Positions 54,889 through 62,854 of a DNA stretch of 64,000 nt are shown piece after piece. This stretch comes from Oscillospiraceae bacterium (GTDB lineage Bacteria; Bacillota; Clostridia; Oscillospirales; Ruminococcaceae), in NCBI GenBank assembly GCA_031284525.1, contig JAISZR010000001.1, positions 51,623 through 115,622 of the forward strand, in the 5' to 3' direction. Every line of letters begins with the position of its first letter. Positions within the stretch are counted from its first letter, which is position 1. A program made the translations under genes and the position numbers. The notes beneath the pieces were generated by a model, which did no database searches, was not told the origin of the DNA, and was given only the letters and a program-made list of their open reading frames with translations.

Positions 54889-55577
54889 GTTTCAGACTCC
54901 CTTGTTTCCCAATAATTGATTAAATCCGCAAGTTTGATTTTTTTGATTTCACGGGCTTTCTTGCTGCCACCACATGCGGCGACAAAATAGTTCCCAAACT
55001 TGAGCTGTTCAAAAAAACAAAGCCTCTTGCCTATTACCATCTCAAACGTTTGTTTTGTCTGTTGCTCGGCAAAAGAAATCTTCCGCGGATTCAGTGGCTG
55101 GTTACACATCTTGAAAAAACTTTCTTTCAATGTCCAAAGTCTTAAAAGCTGCCCGGATTTTTCCGGATCAGGAATTTGATTTAACATTTTGGATTCGGCG
55201 AACGAAAAAAAACGCTTGGCCAAACTCTCTGCCCGTTCAACCACTCGCATTTTTTCAACGTCAACACCTACCGGCTCACTTCCCAAAACACAGGCAATCA
55301 AACTGCCACTGTGTGAGAGATTAAACTGCAAATTGCTTGGGGAATGACCGGTGGACCAGAGCTCCGGCTTTCCCCTTTCTTTGGGGGCGATGCGAACTGC
55401 CTTTAGCCGCAATTCAAGCAGGTACCTTATGAGTAGATCACTCACAATACTGTTTGCCATCGATCTTGGCTTTAACTCCCTAATTCGATCTCGCTTATAT
55501 TCACTAATGAGGTTTATGTATCTAGTGTAGTCAAGATGAGGCAAATCAGCTGAATCAACTACATAAACAAAATCCAT
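54885..55577 (-). CDS. 4'-phosphopantetheinyl transferase, Sfp type
   Basis: FNLSHSGSLIACV, GVDVEK and WTLKESFFKM are the three PPTase motifs. 230 aa. Confidence 0.75.
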   Translation of the reverse strand: MDFVYVVDSADLPHLDYTRYINLISEYKRDRIRELKPRSMANSIVSDLLIRYLLELRLKAVRIAPKERGKPELWSTGHSPSNLQFNLSHSGSLIACVLGSEPVGVDVEKMRVVERAESLAKRFFSFAESKMLNQIPDPEKSGQLLRLWTLKESFFKMCNQPLNPRKISFAEQQTKQTFEMVIGKRLCFFEQLKFGNYFVAACGGSKKAREIKKIKLADLINYWETRESET

Positions 55578-55579
55578 TC

Positions 55580-56131
55580 TCAGTCTACGATCGGAGTAGC
55601 TTCGATGAGACCGTAGCCCCCGTTGCGCCTTTTGTAAACAACATTTAGATCATTTGTCGCAACATCTACGAAAACATAAAATTCGTGCTCAATCAAATTC
55701 ATTTGCAGGATTGCTTCTTGCACATCCATCGGCTTAATAATGAACTTTTTACTTTTAACAACGTTGTAATCTGGGGTCGTTTGTTCTTCATTTTCCTCTC
55801 GTGGGAGAAGTTCTGCGTAATCTTTTTCGTATGCTCTGGATTTGAAACGCTTTTCTAACCTCGTTTTATTTTTCAGCAACTGTCGCATGATTGCGCTAAG
55901 TGCCAAATCAAACGATTCAATAAAATTTAACGTTGTTTTTTGGGCACGGAAAACCATCCCCCCCGATCGGATTGTAAGTTCTATGGTCTCCCGTCCCTTT
56001 TCCTCAATGGCAACAATATTCGCCACTGCACTATCTTTAAAAAACCCATCCAAATGCCCTAGCTTTTTGTTGACCCTCTCCTTGAAGGTCTTGTTTAGAT
56101 AAGCTCTTCTCGACGTAATATTAGTTTCCAC
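55580..56131 (-). CDS. hpf: Ribosome hibernation promoting factor, long form (HPF/YvyD)
   Basis: S30AE N-terminal domain plus the C-terminal dimerisation domain KPMDVQEAILQMNLIEHEFYVFVD...VVYKRRNGGYGLIE. GTG at 56131 follows GGGAGG. Confidence 0.88.
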   Translation of the reverse strand: METNITSRRAYLNKTFKERVNKKLGHLDGFFKDSAVANIVAIEEKGRETIELTIRSGGMVFRAQKTTLNFIESFDLALSAIMRQLLKNKTRLEKRFKSRAYEKDYAELLPREENEEQTTPDYNVVKSKKFIIKPMDVQEAILQMNLIEHEFYVFVDVATNDLNVVYKRRNGGYGLIEATPIVD

Positions 56132-56201
56132 CCTAAACCTCCCGCTTCCTTCTTGTTGCTTCCAATTCATTCGAGCAACAATCCAAACCAGCTGCACACT
56201 C

Positions 56202-56231
56202 ATTATAACATAATTAACTTTTCAATTTCAA
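56202..56231 (-). promoter_or_regulatory. Candidate sigma-70 promoter of hpf (TTGAAA-18 nt-TATAAT with TGt)
   Basis: Minus strand: ttgaaa ttgaaaagttaattatgt tataat, about 70 nt upstream of the preferred hpf start. Confidence 0.55.
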
Positions 56232-56474
56232 GTCAGTCTCTGGGGAAGAAAAAATAAAAAGCCAAAGGATTATGCTTCCAAATATATGAGATATCTATAT
56301 AATTTTCAGGACGGCGGTAGGTATTTTGCGATAAGCTTTAAATTGAATGCAAGTATAATGGGACCAGAGCAGAGAAGGGAAGAGGGGAAATGCAATTGCT
56401 TCGAGAGTTGAAAGAATGATCTTGAAACGTCTGCTTGGCAAATGCAAAAAAATAAAAAATTCTCCCGTGGGGTA

Positions 56475-56502
56475 TTGACAAATCCAAATAAAGTGATATA
56501 CT
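56475..56502 (+). promoter_or_regulatory. Sigma-70 promoter of hsp20 (TTGACA-16 nt-TATACT)
   Basis: TTGACA at 56475-56480 and TATACT at 56497-56502, immediately upstream of the CIRCE element. Confidence 0.6.
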
Positions 56503-56513
56503 ATGATTGTGAA

Positions 56514-56540
56514 TTAGCACTCCACTGGTCTGAGTGCCAA
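56514..56540 (+). promoter_or_regulatory. CIRCE operator (HrcA binding site)
   Basis: TTAGCACTC-CACTGGTCT-GAGTGCCAA against the consensus TTAGCACTC-N9-GAGTGCTAA: one mismatch and the correct 9-nt spacer. Confidence 0.8.
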
Positions 56541-56581
56541 TTGAACTGAGTAACATAAATAACGCAAAGGAGATGGTAGTT

Positions 56582-57049
56582 ATGGCGAGGTTAACCCCGT
56601 TTACTAGGAGGCGTCCTGACCTTTTCAAAGAAGCTCCTGAGGGCTTTTATAACGCACTCGATAACTTTTTGGGTGATGTGTTACCCTCATTTGGTGGGTT
56701 TTGGCCTGCGAGCAGGAATCTTATGAGAGACACTTTCAAAATTGACGTGAAAGAGACCGATAAGGAGTACTCTATTGAAGCAGAACTTCCCGGAGTGAAC
56801 AAAGAAGAGCTTAGTTTAAACCTTAACGAAGGGAATCTTTGTATTTCGGTTTCCAAGAACTTGCAGGTGGATGAGAACAACAAGGATTATATCCACAAAG
56901 AAAGACGTGTCAGTTCAATGAGTCGGTCGATTTACCTGCCGGACGCAAACCCTGAGGAAGTTAAGGCGAAGCTGAAAGATGGGCTTCTTGCCGTTACGAT
57001 TCAAAAGCAGGATAAGTCGGGGAACTCCATCAACATCGATGTAGAATAG
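56582..57049 (+). CDS. hsp20: Small heat-shock protein, Hsp20/alpha-crystallin family
   Basis: Alpha-crystallin domain (FKIDVKETDKEYSIEAELPGVNKEEL...ERRVSSMSRSIYLP...AKLKDGLLAVTI). ATG at 56582 follows AAGGAGA. Confidence 0.9.
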   Translation: MARLTPFTRRRPDLFKEAPEGFYNALDNFLGDVLPSFGGFWPASRNLMRDTFKIDVKETDKEYSIEAELPGVNKEELSLNLNEGNLCISVSKNLQVDENNKDYIHKERRVSSMSRSIYLPDANPEEVKAKLKDGLLAVTIQKQDKSGNSINIDVE

Positions 57050-57387
57050 CTTTAAGTGGCGTTCTCGTGTTAATGACATGGGGGCGCTTCTCTTGTTGAC
57101 GCTAGGCCTAAGATTCGTAATTCCAATCCGTTTTTGGAGATTGGAGTTTGGTGGCTGGTGTCGAAAAGTCGAAAAACGTCGAAGTTGTTTTTTCCTTTCG
57201 GCGAATGATGGGTTTTTCAGGAATGGGGGAATGGAAATCTATAAAAGGGCATTGGCGGGCTTAGACTTAAAAAGCCATTACCGGTTGTGAGTGCCAAAGG
57301 AAGATTCGGATGGGAAAATTTGCCAAGCACGAAGTTGCGGTATGTTTTTTGAAAAATTCAAAAAACAAAATTTTACTGGGCGAGATG

Positions 57388-57416
57388 TTGTAATTTTTTT
57401 TAATCCGTGATAGAAT
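57388..57416 (+). promoter_or_regulatory. Candidate promoter of the LPXTG gene (TTGTAA-17 nt-TAGAAT with TGa)
   Basis: TTGTAA at 57388-57393 and TAGAAT at 57411-57416. Confidence 0.45.
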
Positions 57417-57490
57417 GGTCACGTGGCAAGCTTGGGCGGTTGTTTCGCCCATTTGTTGCTAAATATTTTTGTTCGTAAAGGAGATTTTTT

Positions 57491-57823
57491 ATGAAGAGAC
57501 TACCTTTGTTGTTGATTTCAGCTGCTTTGATGTCACTTTTGACACTGTCTTTTGCCGGTGCGGCAGACACAAAAGCGCCAGAGCAAGTGACCACTTCGAC
57601 AGCAGAAACTGCTGTGCCATCGGCTCAAACGAAAGGTACGGAGTCGACAACCAGCGCCACGGAGGCGGCTGTTTCTGTTCCGGCTTTGGGTGAGGGCGGG
57701 AATGTTGACGCGTTAGGTTCGTTGCCCTCTACGGGATCTGTCAACAGCTTCCTTGCTCCTTCGATTATGCTGGTAGCTTTGGGTTGCGGAGTTGCCGCAA
57801 CTTATGGCGCAAAAAAGAAATAA
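57491..57823 (+). CDS. Small cell-wall-anchored surface protein (LPXTG sortase substrate)
   Basis: Signal peptide (...LTLSFAGAAD), Thr/Ser/Ala-rich stalk, LPSTG, hydrophobic segment and a KKK tail. AAGGAGA SD. Confidence 0.7.
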   Translation: MKRLPLLLISAALMSLLTLSFAGAADTKAPEQVTTSTAETAVPSAQTKGTESTTSATEAAVSVPALGEGGNVDALGSLPSTGSVNSFLAPSIMLVALGCGVAATYGAKKK

Positions 57824-57839
57824 GAAGTCTCTCCAATTA

Positions 57840-57870
57840 GTGACGGTCACCAGCAGGTGGTGGCCGTCAC
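57840..57870 (+). terminator. 12-bp hairpin after the LPXTG gene (no U-tract)
   Basis: gtgacggtcacc-agcaggt-ggtggccgtcac (one G-U pair). Confidence 0.35.
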
Positions 57871-57958
57871 GGTGCGTGGATACGACCTTTATCATGGGGG
57901 CATCCCTTTCGGTTTTTGAACTGGATTTTTTACGATAGTCTTATTTAATTGGGTACCT

Positions 57959-58035
57959 GGCGGTATAGCTCAGCTGGTTAGAGCATTCGGTTCATACCCG
58001 GAGGGTCGTTGGTTCAAATCCAACTACCGCTACCA
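57959..58035 (+). tRNA. tRNA-Met (CAT), elongator type, CCA encoded
   Basis: Folded by hand: acceptor GGCGGTA/TACCGCT, anticodon arm TTCGG-TTCATAC-CCGGA, T arm GTTGG-TTCAAAT-CCAAC. No initiator features. The loop GGTTCATACCC matches Bacillus elongator tRNA-Met. Confidence 0.9.
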
Positions 58036-58043
58036 CAGCGTTT

Positions 58044-58118
58044 GGTCCGTTGGTCAAGAGGTTAAGACACCGCCCTTTCACGGCGGAATCGGGGGTTCAA
58101 TTCCCCCACGGATCACCA
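58044..58118 (+). tRNA. tRNA-Glu (TTC), CCA encoded
   Basis: Acceptor GGTCCGT/ACGGATC, anticodon arm CCGCC-CTTTCAC-GGCGG, T arm GGGGG-TTCAATT-CCCCC. Confidence 0.9.
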
Positions 58119-58229
58119 TTGGAGCGCTGGTAAGATGAAGAAAGAGCGTAAAAATGCCTAGAGAACTGTTTTTTTGAATTGCGCTATGGCGGTTTGATCT
58201 TTAATTTGGTTTGGAGAGTGTGATTAGTT

Positions 58230-58457
58230 TTGACTGTTTTTGAAAAATTAAGCGACTTGCTCGTTGATCAGTTTGGAATCTCGCGAGAACGTATCAATCC
58301 TGAGTCCACAATTGAAAGCTTGGAGTTGGACTCTTTGGAGGTTGTGGATTTGGTCGGAATTTTGGAAGATGAATTCCGCGTTACTATAGATGGTGATGGG
58401 TTTGGTGAACTTAGCTGCATAAGTGACATAGTCAAACTTATTGAACAGGTTGATTAG
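58230..58457 (+). CDS. Acyl/peptidyl carrier protein (orphan ACP-like, 75 aa)
   Basis: LELDSLEVVDLVGILEDEF matches the ACP phosphopantetheine attachment helix (DSL). TTG start. Confidence 0.6.
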   Translation: MTVFEKLSDLLVDQFGISRERINPESTIESLELDSLEVVDLVGILEDEFRVTIDGDGFGELSCISDIVKLIEQVD

Positions 58458-58556
58458 TCCCGCTATCATTCTCTGACCAGTCTTGTGGTGGCTTTGTGCT
58501 GCCTTGGTGTTGATTGGCGGTGAAGGCGGTATAGTGTCCGAAAGAAAGGGATTTTT

Positions 58557-59564
58557 GTGGCTTCGCTTATCTGTTTGGTTACAAAAAACAAACTGCCGGA
58601 CTTGATAGAAATTCAAGCGCACAACCAGAGAGAGGGTCTTGCTGACAGTTTGGTGATTTTCCCGGAAAGAACACATTTGAATTATCGGCTACATGATGTT
58701 GCGGGCGTAGAACTAAAATATGAGGCGGAATATCGGGGAGTTTTGAAAAAATACTACAGTGGGCAAAAGGCTGTTCGAAAAGATGCAACAGTCCTCTGCT
58801 CTCTGTTTGTCAGCTCAAATAAGAGCTTTTTTGAGGTCAAGGAAGAATCAGAAGTTAGGCGTTTTTTTGAGTGCAATTATAATTTTCTGAAGAACTATTT
58901 CGGCGAACATAAGGTGGTTGATGCGGTTGTCCATATGGACGAACGTGTTCCTCACATGCACTTTTGCTTTGTTCCAATCACCAAAGACGGTCGGCTTTCT
59001 GCTAGGGAGATATGTGATCGCAGAGGACTTACTCTTCTTCACGCAAAGGCTCTTGCCAGCATAAGAGAGTGTGGGTTCGATATAACGAAGTCTGACGACA
59101 CCTATAGCCCCCTTAAAATGGCGGAGGATCTCAAACGAAATATTCTGATTAAGGAAGTCCAAAAGCTGGAGGAAAAGTTTGCCGACTGTAAGAACATAGA
59201 TAAATCAATCAAGTCAATCGACGAAATCCCGTTTAAACGCAGTAAGATGCCGTTTAGGGATGAGATGGTTTCTTTGACGGATGAAAATTTTGCTAAGATA
59301 AGAAATGTTGCGCGTTTCGGCGTTACTGTGCAAGGTGAATTTGACAGACTCGCGAGAGAAAACGAACGACTGCGTAATCGTTATAATGATCATGTTGTTT
59401 TGATTAATGAGCTAAGAGTGCAAATTGCCGAAATAAGCAAAAATCGCGACGAACTGCTGCGCGAGGGGATGGAAATGTTGAAGGTAATAAAGTCCCATAA
59501 CGGGTTAAACGAATTATATAATTATGTGAAAAACGCACTGGAGGCAAAGAAGACTAGGAGATAA
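58557..59564 (+). CDS. mob: MobV-family relaxase (plasmid recombination enzyme, Mob/Pre)
   Basis: Motif I AHNQRE (HxxR) and motif III HMDERVPHMHFCFVP (HxDExxPHxH). Coiled-coil C-terminal half. GTG start. Confidence 0.8.
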   Translation: MASLICLVTKNKLPDLIEIQAHNQREGLADSLVIFPERTHLNYRLHDVAGVELKYEAEYRGVLKKYYSGQKAVRKDATVLCSLFVSSNKSFFEVKEESEVRRFFECNYNFLKNYFGEHKVVDAVVHMDERVPHMHFCFVPITKDGRLSAREICDRRGLTLLHAKALASIRECGFDITKSDDTYSPLKMAEDLKRNILIKEVQKLEEKFADCKNIDKSIKSIDEIPFKRSKMPFRDEMVSLTDENFAKIRNVARFGVTVQGEFDRLARENERLRNRYNDHVVLINELRVQIAEISKNRDELLREGMEMLKVIKSHNGLNELYNYVKNALEAKKTRR

Positions 59565-59628
59565 CCACTCAAAGTCCGGGAGGTGGCGTTTTCGTCGGCG
59601 CGGAAAATGGATTGCTCTCCCAAAAAAA

Positions 59629-59663
59629 CCAGAGGAAGGAGGCTCGAAGTTCCCTTCCTCTGG
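59629..59663. terminator. Bidirectional Rho-independent terminator between mob (+) and the CAP-domain gene (-)
   Basis: 11-bp perfect stem ccagaggaagg/ccttcctctgg with a 13-nt loop. Flanked by an A7 run upstream and a T-rich run downstream. Confidence 0.75.
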
Positions 59664-59715
59664 CCTTTATTTTCCCCTTTTTCCGAAAATTTGAGATGCT
59701 CGCTGGGAATTTGCT

Positions 59716-60375
59716 CTAGAAGAAAGTCACAAAGTGCTGGGTCAAATACCAACGATAATACTCCCCTTCTTTTTTGCAATAAAATCCTACTCCAAGGTAA
59801 TCAAAATCGCCAATCATGTTTTTGTAATGCTTTGGACTTTTCTTGAATTTATCAAATATCTCCTGCGGGGTTGGCATGCAGGGACTTTCCCCACATTGTA
59901 TGTTTTCTGCCCGCTTTTCTTGTTTGCCTTTTATCTTGTATTTGGGCTCATCTAAAAGGGTCCAAAACGGATCCCCATTGGGGCGTTCATGTGCAAATTT
60001 GTTGGACTTATACATCTCTTTTGATTTCGCTCGTGCTGTGCTTTTCAAAACGTTTTTGACTTTTAAAATTTTAAGTGGTGTCTCTTCGTTTTCTTCCCGC
60101 TCCTCGTTGACCTCCTCGCGCTCTTGATTCACTAGTTCAACAACTTCGCGTTCAAGTTTTGGACAGTTCCCTTTACTATTTAACTTGTAATTCGATTTGG
60201 CCAACGCTTGCGCTTTTCTGTCCTCGGTGTTTCTAACTATTGCTTTCGCTTTGTCATCCAAACGCTGCGAAAAGCCTGCAAAAGATAAATCCACGGGGAC
60301 AAATATCATAAAACACGAGATTGCCACACAAAGGCTTTTCTTTGGATTCATCATCACGAACTTCCTCGCCTTCAC
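59716..60375 (-). CDS. Secreted CAP/SCP (PR-1-like, YkwD-type) domain protein
   Basis: Signal/TM N-terminus. C-terminal FAHERPNG...KSPKHYKNMIGDFDYLGVGFY fits CAP-domain motifs. Confidence 0.6.
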   Translation of the reverse strand: MKARKFVMMNPKKSLCVAISCFMIFVPVDLSFAGFSQRLDDKAKAIVRNTEDRKAQALAKSNYKLNSKGNCPKLEREVVELVNQEREEVNEEREENEETPLKILKVKNVLKSTARAKSKEMYKSNKFAHERPNGDPFWTLLDEPKYKIKGKQEKRAENIQCGESPCMPTPQEIFDKFKKSPKHYKNMIGDFDYLGVGFYCKKEGEYYRWYLTQHFVTFF

Positions 60376-60409
60376 TTTTATTTTTGGTGATGAGCCGTGC
60401 TAAAGTGCG

Positions 60410-61654
60410 TTAAAGTGCTCTCTCTTCAAATAAGTTAGTACTTTTAATTACAACCTCATCTAAACGCTCAAGATATTTTCTGTCTGTTGGAACAGGTTCT
60501 GAGATAATAATGCTTTCATCTTCATAAACAACTTTGATTTTTTTGAATTTAATGAGGTTGCCCTCTTTAACAAAAACACCCTTTTCCCCATTTAAAAACC
60601 TAACTGCAGAAACTGGGCACTTAAGACCATGTATCCTTTCTGTACTGATATTGACTTTGGGCATCCTGAGTCTTGCGAGCCCACTATTCATATAGTTACT
60701 CCTAAACACCAAAATCTGTTTGCTAGGAGTTCCGGCGGCTCCGTAATCTATCGGTGTAGCGGGGACTTTTTGTCCGCCTTTAAAACCAAAATTCAAAACT
60801 ATATTGTCTTTGTGTTTAAGAATGTTTTTGGCAACAGCTTCATCAATCAGGGCCACCATATACCAATCGTAATTTATTACTATCTTGGCGCCAAAAGCGT
60901 CCTTCTTTGTCTTCATTTGTTTTTTCGTGTTTTCATAAAGCTCTTCCAGATTGGGTTTTGGAAATCTTGTAAGAATTTCACTTGCCTTGAGCGATTCATA
61001 GCCATCCATAGATTTAAAAAAACATCCCGTGAAATTTGTTGATTCACTCACAGTTTGTCCTTTTTTGCCTTCAAGGTCCCGGATCTTTGAATCTAAATCC
61101 GCGACTCTTTTTGCATAACCACTCTCTCTCCCGGTTGCCAGCTGCTTTTTGTTAATCAGATTCAAAATTTTCAGGGCGCTTTCTCTTGCTTTGCCCAAAT
61201 CCATATCTTTCACATTTTTTACCAGTCTGAGTAGGGAATCTGAGGGAGATTTCATCAAAATTTCGGACGAGTTATAGATACTATCGACGTGTTGCGTCAA
61301 TTCAAATAACTGGTCGCGCTGCCCCTTTAAGTCGGCAATCTTGTTGGCAACACGCACGCCAGATTCGCTCTTATAAACGGTCAACAGACGATCTCTCATG
61401 CGGATGTGTTCGCCGTCTTTTTTGGTATACCCAATTGTTGTGCTGGCCCCGTATTTCTCCACAAGGTTTATGGCCCTTTCGTCTCTGATTACCAGCCCTA
61501 TCGTTTCGAAAGAAAGTGGACGGGTGTCTTCATACACTACGGCGGTCTCGTAATTTTTATTAGACAGAGCCCGATAAAAACAGGTTACAACTACAGCAGA
61601 TCCAACTACCACTACCAACATTTTGAATTTGAAGTTTTGCCTGCCGCTGGACAT
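60410..61654 (-). CDS. HlyD-family-like membrane-anchored protein (barrel-sandwich plus coiled coil)
   Basis: N-terminal TM helix, central coiled coil, beta-rich C-terminus, as in Clostridial proteins annotated as HlyD family periplasmic adaptors. No partner transporter is adjacent. Confidence 0.5.
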   Translation of the reverse strand: MSSGRQNFKFKMLVVVVGSAVVVTCFYRALSNKNYETAVVYEDTRPLSFETIGLVIRDERAINLVEKYGASTTIGYTKKDGEHIRMRDRLLTVYKSESGVRVANKIADLKGQRDQLFELTQHVDSIYNSSEILMKSPSDSLLRLVKNVKDMDLGKARESALKILNLINKKQLATGRESGYAKRVADLDSKIRDLEGKKGQTVSESTNFTGCFFKSMDGYESLKASEILTRFPKPNLEELYENTKKQMKTKKDAFGAKIVINYDWYMVALIDEAVAKNILKHKDNIVLNFGFKGGQKVPATPIDYGAAGTPSKQILVFRSNYMNSGLARLRMPKVNISTERIHGLKCPVSAVRFLNGEKGVFVKEGNLIKFKKIKVVYEDESIIISEPVPTDRKYLERLDEVVIKSTNLFEERAL

Positions 61655-61686
61655 AAAAAATCTCCTTACAAGTTAAACCTTCAAGT

Positions 61687-62703
61687 TTATGTTTTTTCTA
61701 AACTTTCTATAAAATTTGCGATGAGTTGACCGGTCATTTCCACATCTTTCAAATTTACGCATCCGACTGGCAAATGCATGTATTTGATAGGGATTGAGAC
61801 AAGCATTGCTTTTTGTGAAGCTGAAAAACCATCCGCGTTTGTTCTTGTTTTCCCGCCCATAACTTCAGACTGAAAGGGGATTTTTCCCTTTTTTGCCAGT
61901 TTTTCAAGTTCACATTTTAGTTCGTGATTAAGCACAGGCGAGATTCCTAGAGCAGGCCCCTCTCCCAGTTTGAACAATCTGAAATCTTCACCGTTACTCG
62001 TTCCAAAGGTCGTATCCACAACAATCACATGGGTCGGGTTCAAGCTGTTCACAGCGCATTGATATGCTTTGCTTCCAATTTCTTCCATCGCGCTGAATAT
62101 AACGTTGACCTCTGTTTTTCGAAGTTTTTTCTTCCTGAGTTTTTCAAGGGCATAAATAAGGGCGGCACAACCGGCTCTGTTATCCATAGCCTTGCCGGAG
62201 TAAATGTTACCCGCAAGCTTCAAAAATCTCGATTTCAAAATAATTTTACTTCCGATTGGAATAAGTTCCGTGACCTTTTCAAAACTATACCCAACATCAA
62301 CATAAACGTCAGTCACACCGGGTAGCGCCCATCTTCCCCTTTCCTCTGATTGCAGATGAGGCGGAACTGTGCAAACCACGCCGGGGTATTTTTTCTCCCC
62401 CAAAACAATAACATCGGCACCAAAAATCACTTTGGGATCGAGCCCTCCGCAAGGGGCAATTTTTAAGAAGCCGTCTTTCGTTATGTTGGTCACTATCATT
62501 CCAACTTCATCAAAATGAGCATCCAAAACAACTTGAAACTCCGGTTTGTCCAAGACATTCCTTTTTAGAATAACGTTCCCAAGGGCATCTTTTTTTATCT
62601 CGCCGTAAGGTTCAACAAGTGGGGAAAGGCCGGTTTCTTCGATTTCATCGCCGGGAACGCAAGTCAAAGCACACAACTTTTCAAGAATGCTTTCGATTTT
62701 CAT
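61687..62703 (-). CDS. M42 family metallopeptidase (glutamyl aminopeptidase / CelM-like)
   Basis: VVLDAHFDEVGMIV, DNRAGCAALI and MEEIGS fit the M42 metal-binding blocks. 338 aa. Confidence 0.8.
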   Translation of the reverse strand: MKIESILEKLCALTCVPGDEIEETGLSPLVEPYGEIKKDALGNVILKRNVLDKPEFQVVLDAHFDEVGMIVTNITKDGFLKIAPCGGLDPKVIFGADVIVLGEKKYPGVVCTVPPHLQSEERGRWALPGVTDVYVDVGYSFEKVTELIPIGSKIILKSRFLKLAGNIYSGKAMDNRAGCAALIYALEKLRKKKLRKTEVNVIFSAMEEIGSKAYQCAVNSLNPTHVIVVDTTFGTSNGEDFRLFKLGEGPALGISPVLNHELKCELEKLAKKGKIPFQSEVMGGKTRTNADGFSASQKAMLVSIPIKYMHLPVGCVNLKDVEMTGQLIANFIESLEKT

Positions 62704-62854
62704 GGGGACCCTTCCTCCACATACTTTTTCCTTGTGGTGTTCACAATTATCATTCGTTATTTTGTCGGCGAATTCCGGAATGTTTGCAAATTGAATTAAG
62801 ACGAATTTGTTTCAAATTTGGAGGAGGCTTTTGGGGTATGGGGGGAGAATTCAG

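Noticed and set aside
57078-57290. 70-aa ORF in the hsp20-LPXTG spacer
   Set aside because: No SD and odd composition (Arg/Phe/Gly-rich). It lies in a region with a hairpin (tccaatc...gattgga) and is more likely non-coding.
58119-59716. Looked for a direct repeat of the tRNA-Glu 3' end (…ttcccccacggatcacca) to define attL/attR of an integrated element
   Set aside because: No repeat of 12 nt or more was found by eye downstream of mob, so the element borders cannot be asserted.
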